A DNA stretch of 64,000 nucleotides from Felis catus (GCF_018350175.1 NC_058373.1:114888001-114952000); one strand, 5' to 3'; shown: positions 1 through 13,540, numbered from the stretch's first letter. Made by a program: numbers and translations. The notes: generated by a model from the letters alone, not told the origin.

Positions 1-2262
1 GGAGTAGGAACTGTGTTTCCACGGCACCCCTCTTCACAAGGTGGCTCACAAGTGAAGGGTCTAACCATGGAGGACAGTTGGAGCAGCAGAGGCTATGGAT
101 CTGCTGAGGGAGCAGCAGGCATTTCTGGACATCTTTGAGGGTGTTTAGCTTAGTTTTGAGGCCCTGAAGGGACTAAGCCCTTTAAGGCAGGAAGGCAGCT
201 GGCTGGGGATGGGGGAAGCACCTCTTCCTTCTGGAGCACGGGAGTGCTCAGTGGCGCTCTGCTCAATGAATGGGTGGCTGGATGAAGGAGTGAGTGAATT
301 CAAGCGTTCTTAAATGAATGGATGATCAGATGGGCCTTGGAACTTGCAGAGGGGTGTCCCAGTGCCTGGTAGATGGGCCACTCTTAATCAATGTTTATTG
401 GGCGATGGGTGAGTGTGGGATGAGGGCCCAGAGGTTTCCTGAGCCCGCAGAGTGGCCAGAAGTCCTAAATAAATAAACACGGTTATTTCCCACAGTTGAC
501 TTGCAGGATAATAAAGCGGCATCCTCTCCCTTCGGGAGCTTTCTGCACTTCTTCTTTTATTTTGCCTCAGCCATCAACTGGAGGCTGCTTTCCATTTCTC
601 TGACCTGTGCTGGGAAGGATGCGGGGGGAGGGCAGGGGGGAGGCAGAGTTAGCACCCCACCTTCTCCCAGGTGGGAAGGACCCAGAGGACCTCTTGTGTT
701 CACTCTCAAAGTTGCACATCCTTCTAGCAATCCAAGACTCAAGTCAGAACAGTCTCCCCTGCCCTCTCCCTCCCTCCTTCCGTCTTTCCTGAAATGGATT
801 TCCAGTCCAGGGGGGCTGTGCCACATCTGTCCAGTCCCTGGCATGGCGCCAACTCTGAATACCGCAGTGGCGCAGCTGTGGTCACCATCCTGAGCATGTG
901 TGCATAGCGTGGGGCTGGGCCCAGTGGACACGAGGAAACCTCCCTCACTGGCTCTGCCCTTAGGGGGCTCAGGGACTGGCTCCCAGGACAGGATGAAGCT
1001 GGAGGCTGGAACCCTACAGGGAGGCAGCTTTGATGGAGATACTCCTGGAGCCTTCTGCACTCTTGTGTCATGAGGCTGGGGGCTAGGCTCCCAGGGGGAC
1101 ACGGAGGCCCCGGGCCACCGTGGATGTGCTCCAGAATCACCCAACACCTCGCTCTCCTCTTCCCCAGGTCCGGCCGCCTTCCAGGGACCATCCCTCTAGA
1201 GCTAGACCTGTGATGGGGTCCTCATGCAGAGGATCTATGTATGGGCGATCCTCACCCACCTTCCTGCTGCCTCTGGGGGCCCACAGCTCCCGCCCAGGCT
1301 GCCGGTCAGGCAGAAGGGTTGTAGTTGGGATGCCTCATGGTTGGTGATATTTCAAAGCACGCTGGGAAACATCCGGCCAGCAGCTTGGTTCAAATAATGA
1401 GATGTCAGGATCCATCTATCTATCCATTCATCTCAGATGTGTCCTTCCCCCAGGTCTTTCGTGGGGGGACTTTGGGACCACAGAGTGGGGTGTGGCCAAG
1501 AGGAGAGAGGCTGGGCCATGGCATCTGTCATCCATCACTCCCCAGCTCTTAGCACCTGTGAGCCAGCAGCTCTGACACAGGGCTACTCCAGCAGCACCTC
1601 ACAAGTCCCCGAGAATATGCATCATTGTCTGCGTTTGCCTTCTAGCAGCTCTGGCACGAGCCTGGAGGGGCCTGCTTGTCCTCACAGGTAGTTCTCTGTG
1701 CAGCAGCTTGTCCGAGCTCTGGGCGTTTCACCGATCAGGCACTTCCTACATGCCGAGCCGGTGTCAGGCCAAGTTCATCCATAGGAGGCCGCAGGCTGCT
1801 TGACAACCTCCAGCTTGTTTGGTGGTCCCCTCAGGACCCCTCATCTTGGGAGTCGCCTTCTCCAAATCCCGCAAAGAGCACCGGTCAAGAGAATGACCTT
1901 CAGGGTCAGAACAACCAGTTTGAATCCAGAACCTGTGACTTACTAACACTGACCTTGGGTTTAGAAAAAAAAAAATAGATTTCTTTTTCTTCCTAGAGCA
2001 GTTGTAAGTACACAAAATTGAGCAAAAAATACAGAGAGTTCCCGTACGCTCCCTGTACACATGAGGGTACCATTTTTTAACTTCTTGAGCCTCAGTTTCC
2101 TTATCTGTACAATGGGGGAAATAACGATCTCCTGCTCACAGAGTTGGGATAAGGCACAAATGAGGCAACGCAGTTAGCTCCTGCCTAGTAGTAAGTACTT
2201 TGCACACGGTGGCTGCTTTTTACTCCTGCCCGGGACCTCTCTGATGCTGACCTTTGTCTCAG

Positions 2263-2420
2263 GTGACAGGAACACCCTCCAGAGGCTTTGATGAGAAGGC
2301 GTACCTGGCAGCCAAACAGCTGAAGGCTGGAGAGGACCCTTACAGGCAGCATGCCTTCAACCAGCTAGAGAGTGACAAACTGAGCCCCGACCGGCCCATC
2401 CGGGACACCCGCCATTACAG
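2263..2420 (+). CDS. GALNT16: GALNT16 coding exon 2 (stem region)
   Basis: ctcag|GTG...TACAG|gtaag; translates VTGTPSRGFDEKAYLAAKQLKAGEDPYRQHAFNQLESDKLSPDRPIRDTRHY, matching GALNT16 as I recall it; 158 nt, phase 0 to 2. Confidence 0.96.
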
Positions 2421-2527
2421 GTAAGGCCTCCATTGTGCCAAGGGAGAAAGAAAGGTGGAGGGAAGGGCCAACACCACTTAGCTTGCTTCCTTTTGGTCAC
2501 GTGGATTTGAGAAATGAGAAAGATTTT

Positions 2528-2760
2528 GGGCGCCTGGGTGGTTCAGTCGGTTAAGTGCCCCACTTCAGCTCAGGTCATGATCTCATGGCTCGTGAGTTCG
2601 AGCCCCACATCAGGCTCTGTGCTGACAGCTCAGAGCCTGGAGCCTGCTTCAGATTCTGTGTCTCCTCTCTCTCCCCCTCCCCCGCTCGCACTCTGTGTCT
2701 CTCTCTCGCAAAAATAAATACACATTTAAAAAAAATAAAAAAAATAAAAAAAATAAAAAA
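2528..2760 (+). mobile_element. Can-SINE (SINEC_Fc-type)
   Basis: gggcgcctgggtgg head, A/B boxes, CT linker, A tail; degenerate TSD gaaatgagaaagatt/ggaatgtgaaagatt. Confidence 0.93.
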
Positions 2761-5700
2761 GGAATGTGAAAGATTCCCTCAGACACTCAGGAGACTCAGA
2801 AACCCAGTCTAGTTACTGAGACACTCAAACCCTCACCCTCAGTTGTTTCCCTGACTCTTCTGTTTCACTGACCTCCTGAGGGCCTGAGAAGGCCAAGGAA
2901 ACTCAGCTGGGGCCAGGGAAGCCCTTCAGCACCTCAGTCCAGCGTCCCAGTGAGAGGGACCTGCCTGGGGGCCACAGGGAGGACTGAGGGGGGTGGCCGA
3001 GCCTGCTGGTGGTGCCTGAGGTGGAGAGGTGCCACCAACCATGCCCACACTGTGCAAACAGTGCAGTTCTGTGCACTGCCCCATTGACATCCCTTCCCTT
3101 CTCCTCTGCCCGCCCTGCTGCCCCGGCTTCCACAGCAGTGGAAACATTTCCCAGAAAAGCTTCCCAGCCTTGCTCTTGGTTCTGTCAGTATGGTAGGTGG
3201 TGGGAGAGGCCCCAGAGCAGACCAAGGACGCCTTCCATGATGATTCTCGCTCTGATTCCACCCGGTGTGAGTGACCGACCTTGGGGAAGTCATCAAGCCC
3301 CCTCCTTGGTTCAGGTCCTTGACGTGTCCTGTCTAGATTATAGTCACCGCCTCCAGCGCCCTCTTCCTGCCCTCACCTATGGGAACAGTCTGAGCCCCTC
3401 CGCCCGAAGTGCAAGCCACCCCTGCTGACCCCGAGCCTCTGCTCCTTTTCCCCCTAGCACTTAACGCTCCTGCAGTCTGATACCCTCCTGCCCCTCCCCC
3501 TGTCTATGCACACGCTGTTTCCTCCACCGGAACCTCCGCCCCCACCACCTGCACCTTCACGACACCCCTCAGTGTCCTCTCCTCCGGGCAAGGCTCCTTG
3601 CCGACCCAGGCTGGTTTGGGGGCTTCCTCTGTACTCCGTGCAGACAGGTCAGCAAGGGCCTGGTGGAGCTGACCACTCATGGCCTACAGTTTTGAGTGAC
3701 CATCATGGGCTGGGCTGGACCTAGCTGGGTACCTAGGGCCAGGCTGGTCCTGATTTGAGGGTACGTGAGGATGATGTGGACCAACGTTGCTTTTCCTTCT
3801 GAAGCGGCTGCTCCACAGCACAAAAGGTGTATGAAGTAAGGGTGCAGAAGGGGACAGGCTTCTAGCACCTTCCTTGTCGGTCATGGAGATGCGCCTGAAA
3901 TCCAGTGGGCTTGCAGCCTGTCAGAGTGAGATGGATGTTGAGTTGGGGGGCGGGGCCCAAACTGTCCTCGCTGTCCTGGAATCCCAGCGCTGCCAGCCTC
4001 CAGAAACTCACGCTGCCAAATAGGACAATAATCCTGCTACTTGGGGAGACCCCCACCCAGGTCCAGGGGCCAGCTCAGGTCTCAGAAGCTCTTTCTTGGT
4101 CCTGGTGCAGAGTCTACCTGCACTGTGGGGTCTACGAGGCCATGTCCACACGGCTCCACTTGGAGACCTTCCTTGGCAGCCCTGGCCATGGCCAACCTAG
4201 ACCCCAAGGCCTAGAGGTTCTGCAGACCCGAATCTCTGAACTGACCCAGGGTTAGCCTGGATCACCTCTGTCCTCCCTCCCACCAAGCCCCCAACCCCCG
4301 CCTTCTCAGGTGTTCACGGAAGAACTTAAAGGAGGAGTTCCTCTTGGGACGACGCGTGTTTTAAAATGAGACTCTTCAAATCCAAGGCAGGGGTGGGTTG
4401 GTGAGGTCAGCCTCCCCTCCTGCCCCAGGGCTGCTGCCCACCCTCCCAGAAGCCCGAGGTGGATTGGGTGTGTGTGCATATGAGCGCAGAGCGCACGCGT
4501 GTGTAGGGGGAGCAGCCAAGGTGCTGGCTTTCGCACACTGGGGTGAGCCATGCTCTTCTCCTGGCCCTGCAGACTGCAGCTTCTGCTGGACTCCAAACTG
4601 TCAGGCTAGTTCCTAGCCCAGCCTCGATCTCCCTCAAGGGGAGCAGAGAGACCAGGCAGGGCAGACCTACTAGCATCACAAAGAAAACCCCACCAGCCCC
4701 AAACTCAAAACGTAGGCATGGAACAAACCTCTTCAGAGGCTCTTGGCTCCTGGGAGCCAGATTAATCCCCATCCTCATAGTTATAAATCCCAGAGAAATG
4801 CAGAGTGGAGAGGGTTGGAGGGGGCGGGTGGGGAGGGGGTCAAGTTCAGCCCCCCAGATGGGGTATGGGGAGGTTGGCCACTTTCAGGTGAAGAATGGGC
4901 ATCACTATCCAGGGTCTCTGCTTCCTGGGCACAGGATAGTTAGGGTTCACAGTGAGAGACCTGGCCCCCTAGAGGTCAGTGCCAGGGGGCTGAGCTGGGC
5001 ACCCAGGAGGTGGCTACTTCTTCCAACACTCCCCAGCTCAGCAGGCCAAGCCCACCCCCAACCCCAAATCCACATGCCTCTGGGAGGATGCACTTGGAAA
5101 ATCTGGCTTCTCAGGGGGGCAGGGGTGAGTCTCCCTACCCCTCCACCCCTCCTACTCCCCGCATTGCTTCTCAAGGAGAATTATTTTAAAGCCTCACAGG
5201 ATTCCTCCCAGGGGGGTCCCAGGCTGGTGGAACTCCTGCCTGCCTGACCCAGTCCGTTCCGGCAGGGCAGGAAATGGGCCTGGGAATTCGACTATAAGCG
5301 GCTGTCAGTGGAATGAATGCTGGAATAAAAAAACAGTCACTGCCGAAATAGTCAGAGAGCAATTGTAATAAAGAAGAAGATTGCCACGAAAACCAACTGC
5401 CTTCCCGCCGGCCCCAGGAACACGAAGAAAAGCATTCGCAGTAGCAACAGCGATGAAGGCTGGCAGGAATGAATTGTTTTAATTCCTTTTCCTGAGGAGG
5501 GGGAAGCCAATGCCTAAAAATGCGGGAGAAGGCGAGCCCAGAGCTGTGCGGGGAGGGAGCGGGGTGGCAGGAGCTGCTTATGGTGTCTTCTCAGAGGCTT
5601 CTGTTTGCTCCAGAGGTCCAGGGCTCGGGAGGAGGGAGGCTGCTGCCCTGCCGGGTGTCAGCGGCCTGCTGTCAGTATTGGGCAGTAAGTAGCGGGAGTC

Positions 5701-6157
5701 ACATGCGGGCAGAATGGGGGTGATTCCTCTCCAGATCCCACAAATGTCATGAGCCAGGAGAAAGAAGCGACAGGTGCCAGGCACAAAACAGAGGCTGTTC
5801 CCTCCTGTCCCCCGTGTCTCTGTCTCTATCGGGCGGGGAGTTCTGTCTGCTGGCCCCAGGCTGGGGCCCGGAACGGTGCCTGCACATGGTGGGCCAGAGC
5901 CCTCATAAACGCTTCACTCCTAGGTCTTTGGCAAAGGTGACCGGGCCTGGGAAGGTGCCCCAACCTGTGGCTCCAGGGTGGGCTGCGTGGGCACGGAGGA
6001 GCACTCCGTGGAGGGGCAGGCTCGCACCCTGGTTTTGGCTGGCCTTCCCAATCCCGCAGTGGTATTCCAGGGGGCAGCAGGCTGGACAGAGAGAAGCCTC
6101 AAGCCTGCCCTGAGGAGGCTCTCACAGTGCCCTCTGACCTCTGTGCTCCATTCTCAG

Positions 6158-6256
6158 TTGCCCCTCTGTGGCCTACTCCGCCGACCTGCCAGCCACCAGC
6201 GTCATCATCACCTTCCACAATGAGGCCCGCTCTACCCTCCTGCGCACGGTGAAGAG
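6158..6256 (+). CDS. GALNT16: GALNT16 coding exon 3
   Basis: ctcag|...AAGAG|gtaag; (S)[32 protein letters not shown], start of the GT-A (GT27) catalytic domain; 99 nt. Confidence 0.97.
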
Positions 6257-7184
6257 GTAAGCCACCCCTTGGGACCCTCATCTCAGTAGTGCTGCTCCCC
6301 GAGGCCTCAGGGAGCGCTGCCAAGCCCCTGGCAGGGGGGCACGGGGGCAGGGGGGCACACTGGGACAAGGTGCTGGGCCAGGCAGCATGAAGACCGCAGC
6401 CACTGGGAGGGGGAGTCCAATCCTTCTGAGAGGCTGGGGCTGGGAGACCCCGGAAATCCAACTGATATCGGGATGCACAAACACAATGTCAGGTCCCCAG
6501 GACAAGGGCAAACATTCTAGGGTCAGGGGCCGAGGGAGGCAGGGATGGACATGAAGCCTCAGGTGAATGGGTGGCAGGCCAGTAGGTGTCTGTCAACGAT
6601 TCAGAGGGAGGTGCTCCTCTGTCCTCCTAAACTTGGTCCTGTGGTCCAGTACAACTCCTACTCACCCCATTTCTTTACTGAGAACAGGATGTGGAAAGGA
6701 ATGCCCAGTGGTATTCCAGGGATTAAGGAAGCATGGGTTTCCTTTACCAGGGAGTGGAGGAAGAAGAAGGACGGTGGGAAGGAAAGTGGGAAAGGGCTTC
6801 CCTGGGAACACCCCTGCTAACCCATCGGGCCAGGAGACTCACTAGCCTTCTAGGCAGGCAGTTCGGGGTCCAGCTGTGTATTGCCCCCGGGCAGGGCTTG
6901 TTAAGCCTAAGCAGCCAGGGCAGCTACAGGTCCTGTCTACACTGGAGCAGTTACCATCACCTGTCCGGCACAGGTCCCCGCAGGTGCAGGGGCGGCCGGG
7001 TCTCCGGAAAAGCCCGGAGAACACATTGTTCCTCAGCCGCTGCTCAGGGCCCAGAAGGTTTGCAAGCAGCTGCCGGTGGCCAGTGTGCTGGCCCCTGAGC
7101 TGGGTGGTGGGGGAGCTCTGTGGCAAAGAGAGGTAAATGGAAGGTGGCCCCTAAATCCGGGATCCTCTGTCCCCATCCTTCTAG

Positions 7185-7252
7185 TGTCCTGAACCGAACT
7201 CCAGCCGGCCTGATCCAGGAGATCATTTTAGTGGATGACTTCAGTTCAGATC
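7185..7252 (+). CDS. GALNT16: GALNT16 coding exon 4
   Basis: tctag|...GATC|gtaag; (S)VLNRTPAGLIQEIILVDDFSSD, the conserved EIILVDD motif; 68 nt. Confidence 0.97.
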
Positions 7253-7440
7253 GTAAGTTTCCACTTTCTGTTTTTCACATCCCTCCAAACCCTCCTTCCC
7301 CCAGAATGTGGAGGCCAACTCTCCGGAGGTCATCCTGGACCTCACAGGCAGACCTCTGCCCCCGACCAGATCTTCAGTCTTTTCTGGGTGCCCTCCCTGA
7401 CTCTGCTCCCAGGTGCCAAAGGAGGGGAAAGAGTGGTGTC

Positions 7441-7563
7441 TTGTTTTGTTCTGTATTTATTTATTTATTTATTTAAGTCATCTCTACACCCAAAGTGGGG
7501 CTCAAACTCACCACCCCGAGAGGAAGAGTCCACGCTCTTCCAACTGAGCCAGCCAGGCATCCC
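7441..7563 (-). mobile_element. Short older Can-SINE
   Basis: (TTTA)n tail plus tRNA-like head in reverse; TSD agagtggtg. Confidence 0.85.
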
Positions 7564-7724
7564 AGAGTGGTGGTGTTTTTGGATGGGACACCCCAGAGAT
7601 GACCTTTTTAACAACTGAAACAACACCAGTATAGCATCCTTTGTTATTACAACTGCCATATGCTGAGGATTGTCCCTTCAGTGTGGCTATGCTGGTGTTG
7701 GCCTCGCGCCCTACTAGTGCTCTC

Positions 7725-7740
7725 TGGCGCCCCCTGGGAG
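7725..7740 (-). promoter_or_regulatory. CTCF-like motif
   Basis: Reverse complement CTCCCAGGGGGCGCCA resembles the CTCF core CCAGGGGGCGC; in GALNT16 intron 4, outside repeats. Confidence 0.45.
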
Positions 7741-7961
7741 CAATCCCATTAGGACAGGCATTCCTCCGTCTGGCCTGGGAGTGGGGCACAGGGCAATCCT
7801 TTGGCCATTAGAGATGACCGTGCTCCTGCGTGCCTCCCCAGCCCCAGCCCCTTCCCTGGGCTCGCCATGGGACACCTTCTGGGCAGTTCCAGGGGCGACC
7901 GAACCCCTTAGGGCCTGATGCCCCTGTCTGAATGAGCTTGCTTCCTTCTCCTCACCTTCAG

Positions 7962-8027
7962 CTGAAGACTGTCTGCTCCTGACCAGGATCCCCAAGGTCA
8001 AGTGCCTACGCAACGATCGGCGGGAAG
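7962..8027 (+). CDS. GALNT16: GALNT16 coding exon 5
   Basis: ttcag|...GAAG|gtaag; (P)EDCLLLTRIPKVKCLRNDRRE; 66 nt. Confidence 0.96.
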
Positions 8028-10133
8028 GTAAGTTCTTGAACCCGAGGTGTCACCGCAGACCTGTTTTGGTCTAGACCTCCGCCCCTCCCCACTCCCTTTT
8101 GGAGCCATGTCACGGTAAGCCAGCACGCGCCTGCCGCATTCCAGGTGGCCAGGAGCAAGGTCTGTGGAAAGACGCTTCTTTCCACGGCCACGGCATGACT
8201 GTAGGCGAGTCGCTCTACTTCTGGCTGCCTCGGTTGTCTCTTCTGAGAAATGGAGTCAATAATTGTACCCTTTCTGCCTTGCATGGCTGCTGTAAGGATT
8301 AAATGGGATAGGCCATGCGGAAATGCTTTGAGAAAATCAAAAGGCACTATCAAGCAGATGTAACCTCATTTCCAATCAAGAAGAGTTTTGGAGCATCGTC
8401 CACAGCACAGGATTGTACATGGCACTCTAGGAGGCACTTTATACTTCTTCTGAAGTATAAAATGTGGTCCCTGCCCTTGGAGAGCTTATTGTAAGGCCAA
8501 GGAGTCAGAATCTACCGCAGGGACAGGCTGGCCATGATTATGTGGGGGTAGAATGGAGACCGCAGGACAGGGGAGGGACCGGGGAGTGGGCCTTGACTGG
8601 GTGAGGACATTGTGAGACAGGGGAGCGGGAACGGGCGGGGGAGTCCGGGCTCGAGGACACTGCAGGCACCGACGTTGGTCTGGCACAGGTACACATGGGA
8701 TACTAACAGCCCTTTGCCTGAGTCCTCCCCGCAGCAGACAACCACGTTGCCTGCCTGAGTTCTCACGTTCTCGCATTCACTCCACATAACAGCCCATTGT
8801 TTTGCACATAAGAAAATGGGGCTTAAGGAGGTTTAGGAATGCGCCCAGGGTAATGGGTAGAGGAGCCAGAAGTCCAACGTGGAGGAGGGACCCCACCCTT
8901 AACCTCCCTTACCTCCTCCCTGCCAGGGAGAATCTGGGCCTGGTCAGCAGGGGAAGTGGTGGGGTGAGGATAGATGGCAGAGGACCTTGGAAGCCAGAGA
9001 AAGGCATTTGGACTTGATAAGGCAGGTAGGAGGGAGCCACTAAAGGTTAGAGAGAGAGAGAGGTGAGAGGTGTGATTAAGAAAGAACTGTCAGTCTAAGG
9101 AGACCTTCTAACTGGCGTGGAAGAGGCCAGAGAGAGACTTCTAGCAAGCACAGGGCTGTAGGTACCTTTAGGCCTAGGAATATATTGTTTCCTGAGGGAT
9201 TTGCCCAACACAGGTGTCAACTTTTGATTAAGCGCTTTCTAGCTTCCTGTGGGATGGAAGGAAGGGACAGATGGATATTTGCACATATTATGGATAATCA
9301 GATGGACAGGGGCAGAGTACAGGGCAGAGGTGTGGCCAGGGAAACCTCTCCAATCGGAGCTCTTAGAGTAAGGCCGTTCCGTCTTCACAGCTCACAGGGC
9401 ACCAGTGGCTGCTCTGTCGGCAGGACCAGCCGGGCCCTTTCTCTCCTGACCAGGTCAGTCCCCAGCCCTGGCCAGGGAGCTGCCAGAAGCAAGGCCACTC
9501 TCTGACAGTTGGTGAACCATTGGCAAGACTGTCAGGGGCGGGATAGAAGCAGAGCAGAAACTAGCATGTGTAGGCCTCCTAGGCACCAATCACTCTTCCA
9601 GACGGGCAGGGGTCAATTTCTCTGAAACTTCTAGATAAGACAACCAAGGCTCAGGGAGGTTAAATAACATGCTTAAGGTGATGAAGGGGCTGCCACAGCA
9701 ACTCCGGCCTGTCTTAGTCTAGAAGATTCTAGCCATGTCACACATGATGGTGCAACTGAAGGGGACCGCCCTGAGGTCCCTCGGGTTAGGGGGGAAAGGG
9801 TTTTGGTTTCTGGTTTTTCTTTGGATACTCAAACGCACTTTATTGCACTTGGCCTTTACTGAACTGACTGTATCAGTGTGTTCCCAGAGTCCCGAACAGT
9901 GTCTGAGACATCGAGGGTGCTCAGAGAATGACCTTGAGTAACGATGGTTGACAGGTGGATGAGAGAAAGGAGAGTGAGGAAGGAAATAAACAAATACAAA
10001 GTAAACCTCAATCACAGTAACTCAGAGGAAGCTTTGACCCCTGAAGGGTGCAGAGCCCTGAGACTTTTGAGGGATGGGGGGAAAGCAAATCGGCCCAGTC
10101 CCAGTTACCAATCCCTGTCCATTCCCATTGTAG

Positions 10134-10255
10134 GGCTGATCCGGTCCCGAGTCCGTGGGGCAGATGTGGCCACAGCTGCTGTCCTCACCTTTCTGGACAG
10201 CCACTGTGAAGTGAATACTGAGTGGCTACAGCCTATGCTGCAACGGGTAAAGGAG
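10134..10255 (+). CDS. GALNT16: GALNT16 coding exon 6 (DxH metal-binding motif)
   Basis: tgtag|...GAG|gtgag; (G)[40 protein letters not shown] containing DSH; 122 nt. Confidence 0.97.
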
Positions 10256-10724
10256 GTGAGTTTGTCTGTCCCTACAGGATCTCTGTCCCTTGGGATGTGC
10301 CCACCATGTTCTTGGCATGAGGGCGTGTGAATAGTCTTTGAAGTTGGACAGGCAGAGTAGGGGCCTAAAGGGTCTTCCCCCTCCAGGGTGACTCCATGTT
10401 ATGGAGCTTTCTCCTCTGAAAATGGGGGTAATTGTAATATTTGTCTCACGAGGTTGTTGTGAGAATTCATTTGGATGAGAGCTTGGGTGAGCTATAAAGT
10501 TCCTATTCCAAATGGTGTTGTTTTCCTCCTGGGGGAGGCGGGTCCTGTGCTGGGGCAGGGGGTATTTTTGGGTCAAGGCTGGGAAGCCTGAGAAGGAAGG
10601 AGAGGGGGATGGTGTCCTCAAGGAGAGATGAGGGCAGGGGGCCCTTACTACATGCCAGTTTTATGCTAGAAGGGCAAGGGTAGGAGAAATGGAGGATAGG
10701 ATGAGGTGATTACAGATCAACCAT

Positions 10725-11610
10725 AAAAAGACCACCCAACTTAAAAATGGGCAAAAGATTTGAATGGACATTTCTTCAAGGCAGATGCAAATGGCCAACA
10801 AGCACATGAAAAGATGCTAAAAAGAAAAGACAAGAAAAGATGCTCAACATTATTAAGACTTGAGGGAAATGCAAGTCAAAACCCCAGTCAGATACCACTT
10901 GATACGTACAGGATGGCTGTAACCAAAGGATGGACAGTAACAAGTGCTGGCGAGGATGTGGAGAAGTAGGAGCCTTTTCACTCATTGCTGGTGAGGACGT
11001 AGAGTGGTGCAGCCACTTTGGAAAACAGTCTGGCAGTTCCTCAGAAGTTTAAACATGGAGTTACCACATGACCCTTGCAGCTGCTGGGTGTATACCCAAG
11101 AGAAATGAAAACATACTCCACACAAAAACTTGTACAGGAGTGTTCAGAGCAGTATTATTCAGAGTAGCCAAACTGTGGAAACAGCCCAAAGTCTGCCAAC
11201 TGATGAATGGGCAAACAAATGTGAGGCAGCCATACAATAGGATATTAGCCATAAAAAAGAATGAAGTCCTGATACATGCCACAATAAGGATAAAAACATT
11301 TCCCTAAGTGAGGGAAGCAGGTCACAAAAGGCCACGTATTATATGATTCCACTGATGCGAAGTGTCTAGAATGAAACAAAGCCACAGAAATAGAAAGGAG
11401 ATTAGCGGTTGTCAGGGCGGGGAGAGGCGGTTGGGAAGTGACCGCTAACAGGTACAGGGGCTCTTGTCGGGGTGATGAAAATGTTCTGGAATTAGATAGG
11501 GGCGGTGGGTGCACAATGTTGTGAATATACTATAAGCCACCAAACTGTATACTTTAAAATGGTGAATTTTATCACATGTCAATTATGGCTAATAAAATTG
11601 TTATAAAAAT
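10725..11610 (+). mobile_element. Old L1 (L1MB-like) ORF2 end and 3' UTR
   Basis: aaaatgggcaaaagatttgaat...gtgcagccactttggaaaacagt...aataaa; decayed, no intact ORF. Confidence 0.88.
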
Positions 11611-12498
11611 GGGAATTAGATCTCAGGACAAAAAGGTCTCTAAAAAGGAGACGGCGAGGCCCCCGCAGGGCTCTGTGAGAAACCATGAGTGGTCTCCCCT
11701 GCTCCACCATCTCCCAGGCTCTTGTGGTCCTGAGATGGGATGTGAACTGAGGGGCAGAGCTGGGTTCCAAGTTGCGGACAAGAGGATTTTGAGGGTCCGC
11801 GCAGAATGCGTGGAGAGAAGAGGCTCTGTTCTGTGTCCCTCCATGGAGGGAGAGAGAAGAGAAGGCTGATGGCAGTTGATAGTTTTGCACAGGGTATATG
11901 ACATGATCCACCAACACCATTACCCTTGGATAAAATTAACATTACCCACCAATGGGGGTGGATTTGTGTCTTGGGGGATGAAGGGTTCCTTGAAGTGGAT
12001 GTGGCATAAGAGAGTGACACCCAGGTTGCACAAGGACCGCGGAGTCCCTGCCCTCAAGCTGCTGGTGGTCCGATTGGGAAGACTCAACGCAAACGTGTAC
12101 AAAGGTGGATGACAGTTAATAGAACCACAGTTCAAACCAGCAACAGAAGAGCCACGTCAGTGGCTCAGTGCCCCAGGAATTGTCTGGACTGTAATTGTGA
12201 GAACGGCTCAACAGAGGAAGAAATCCCCAGCCTGCAGCAATCAGGCAGGGCTTCACTGAGGAGGTGAGATCCCAGCAGGGCTCAACCTGGTGTGAGAAGA
12301 AGAGGCTGGGACAGCACTGTGCCCAGGGAACCCAGGTGGGACCTTCCGGGAGCCTGGATGTGGGTGCTGCAGGACAGGCTTCCAGGAACCTGACATGTCC
12401 TGCAGGAAGGGCTGGGTGCCCCACACCTTGAAGAGCAGGCGGCTGGGCCTTTCTTCGTGGAGTCCCTGGCCTCACGCCATCTCTCGTTCCTCGCCTAG

Positions 12499-12586
12499 GA
12501 CCACACCCGCGTGGTGAGCCCCATCATTGATGTCATCAGTCTGGACAATTTTGCCTACCTCGCTGCATCTGCGGATCTTCGCGGAG
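12499..12586 (+). CDS. GALNT16: GALNT16 coding exon 7
   Basis: cctag|...GGAG|gtgggt; [29 protein letters not shown]; 88 nt. Confidence 0.96.
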
Positions 12587-12967
12587 GTGGGTCTGGCCCC
12601 CTGGGGGGAGGAGCCGCAGGCTTGAAAGAGGCAGGTGAGGGCAACCTAAAGCCCTGGGTTTGGTGCTCTTCCTCCTGGTGTGCAGGAGCGTCTCACTCCA
12701 CCCCCTTACCTCCAGAAAATGGAAAGGGATAGTGTAGAGCCCTGAGGTTGGGGACAAAGCCCTCTGGCACAGTCAGTGATAGCTCCAAGCTAGTCTTTTG
12801 TCTTTTTCTCCCTGCAAACACTGCCACATCCTTCCCCAATGCTGCCAGCCCTGGGACCATGGCCACAGGTCCTGGCAGAAGGCATGATTATGACAGTGTC
12901 TTGGGCGGGGAGGGGAGTCCTCAACCTTGCATGACTTCTAATACGTATAGCTGGAGGTGGTGTGGAC

Positions 12968-13524
12968 ACGGGCTGTCTCATATGGTAGCTATTAGCTCCA
13001 TTTGGCTATTGAGCTCTTCAAATGTGACCAGTCTGAATTGAGATGTGATGTAAGTGTAAAATACACACCAAGTTTCAAAGTCTTAGTACAAAAGAATGTA
13101 AAACATCTCCTCACGGGGCTCCTGGGTGGCTCAGTCCATTAAATGACTGATCCAACTCCGGCCCAGGTCATGATCTCGCGGTTCATGGGTTCGAGCCCCA
13201 CATAGGGCTCTGTGCTGACAGCTTGGAGCCTGGAGCCTGCTTCAGATTCTGTCTCCCTCTTTCTCTGCCCCTCCTCTCCTTGCTGTCTGTCTGTCTCTCT
13301 CTCTCTCAAAAATAAATAAACATTAAAAAATTATTTTAATATCTCCTCAGTGATTTTGTATATTGATTACATGTTGAAATGAAAACATTGGATATATTGC
13401 ACTAAATATATTATGCAAATCAATTTCATATGTTCTTACTTTTGAATATGGCTACTAGAAAAATTTAAATTACGTATGTGGCTTGCATTTCTGGCTTGCA
13501 TCTTATTTCCTTTGGACAGCTCTG
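12968..13524 (+). mobile_element. MER33-like hAT-Charlie MITE interrupted by a SINE
   Basis: tggctattgag...aattgagatgtg...tgtaagtgtaaaatacacacc...ttggacagc resembles MER33 as recalled. Confidence 0.75.
13115..13338 (+). mobile_element. Can-SINE inside MER33
   Basis: Full SINE; TSD atctcctca at 13105-13113 and 13341-13349. Confidence 0.92.
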
Positions 13525-13540
13525 GTCTAGACTTCAGAGT

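Noticed and set aside
2514..2812. Recurrent 'AQVMIS...SVLTAQSLEPASDSVSP' ORFs throughout the ORF track
   Set aside because: Translations of Can-SINE copies, not a gene family.
4543..5247. 234-aa + strand ORF with hydrophobic start
   Set aside because: Starts at GTG within intron 2; no homology I can recognise and no supporting splice or poly(A) context.
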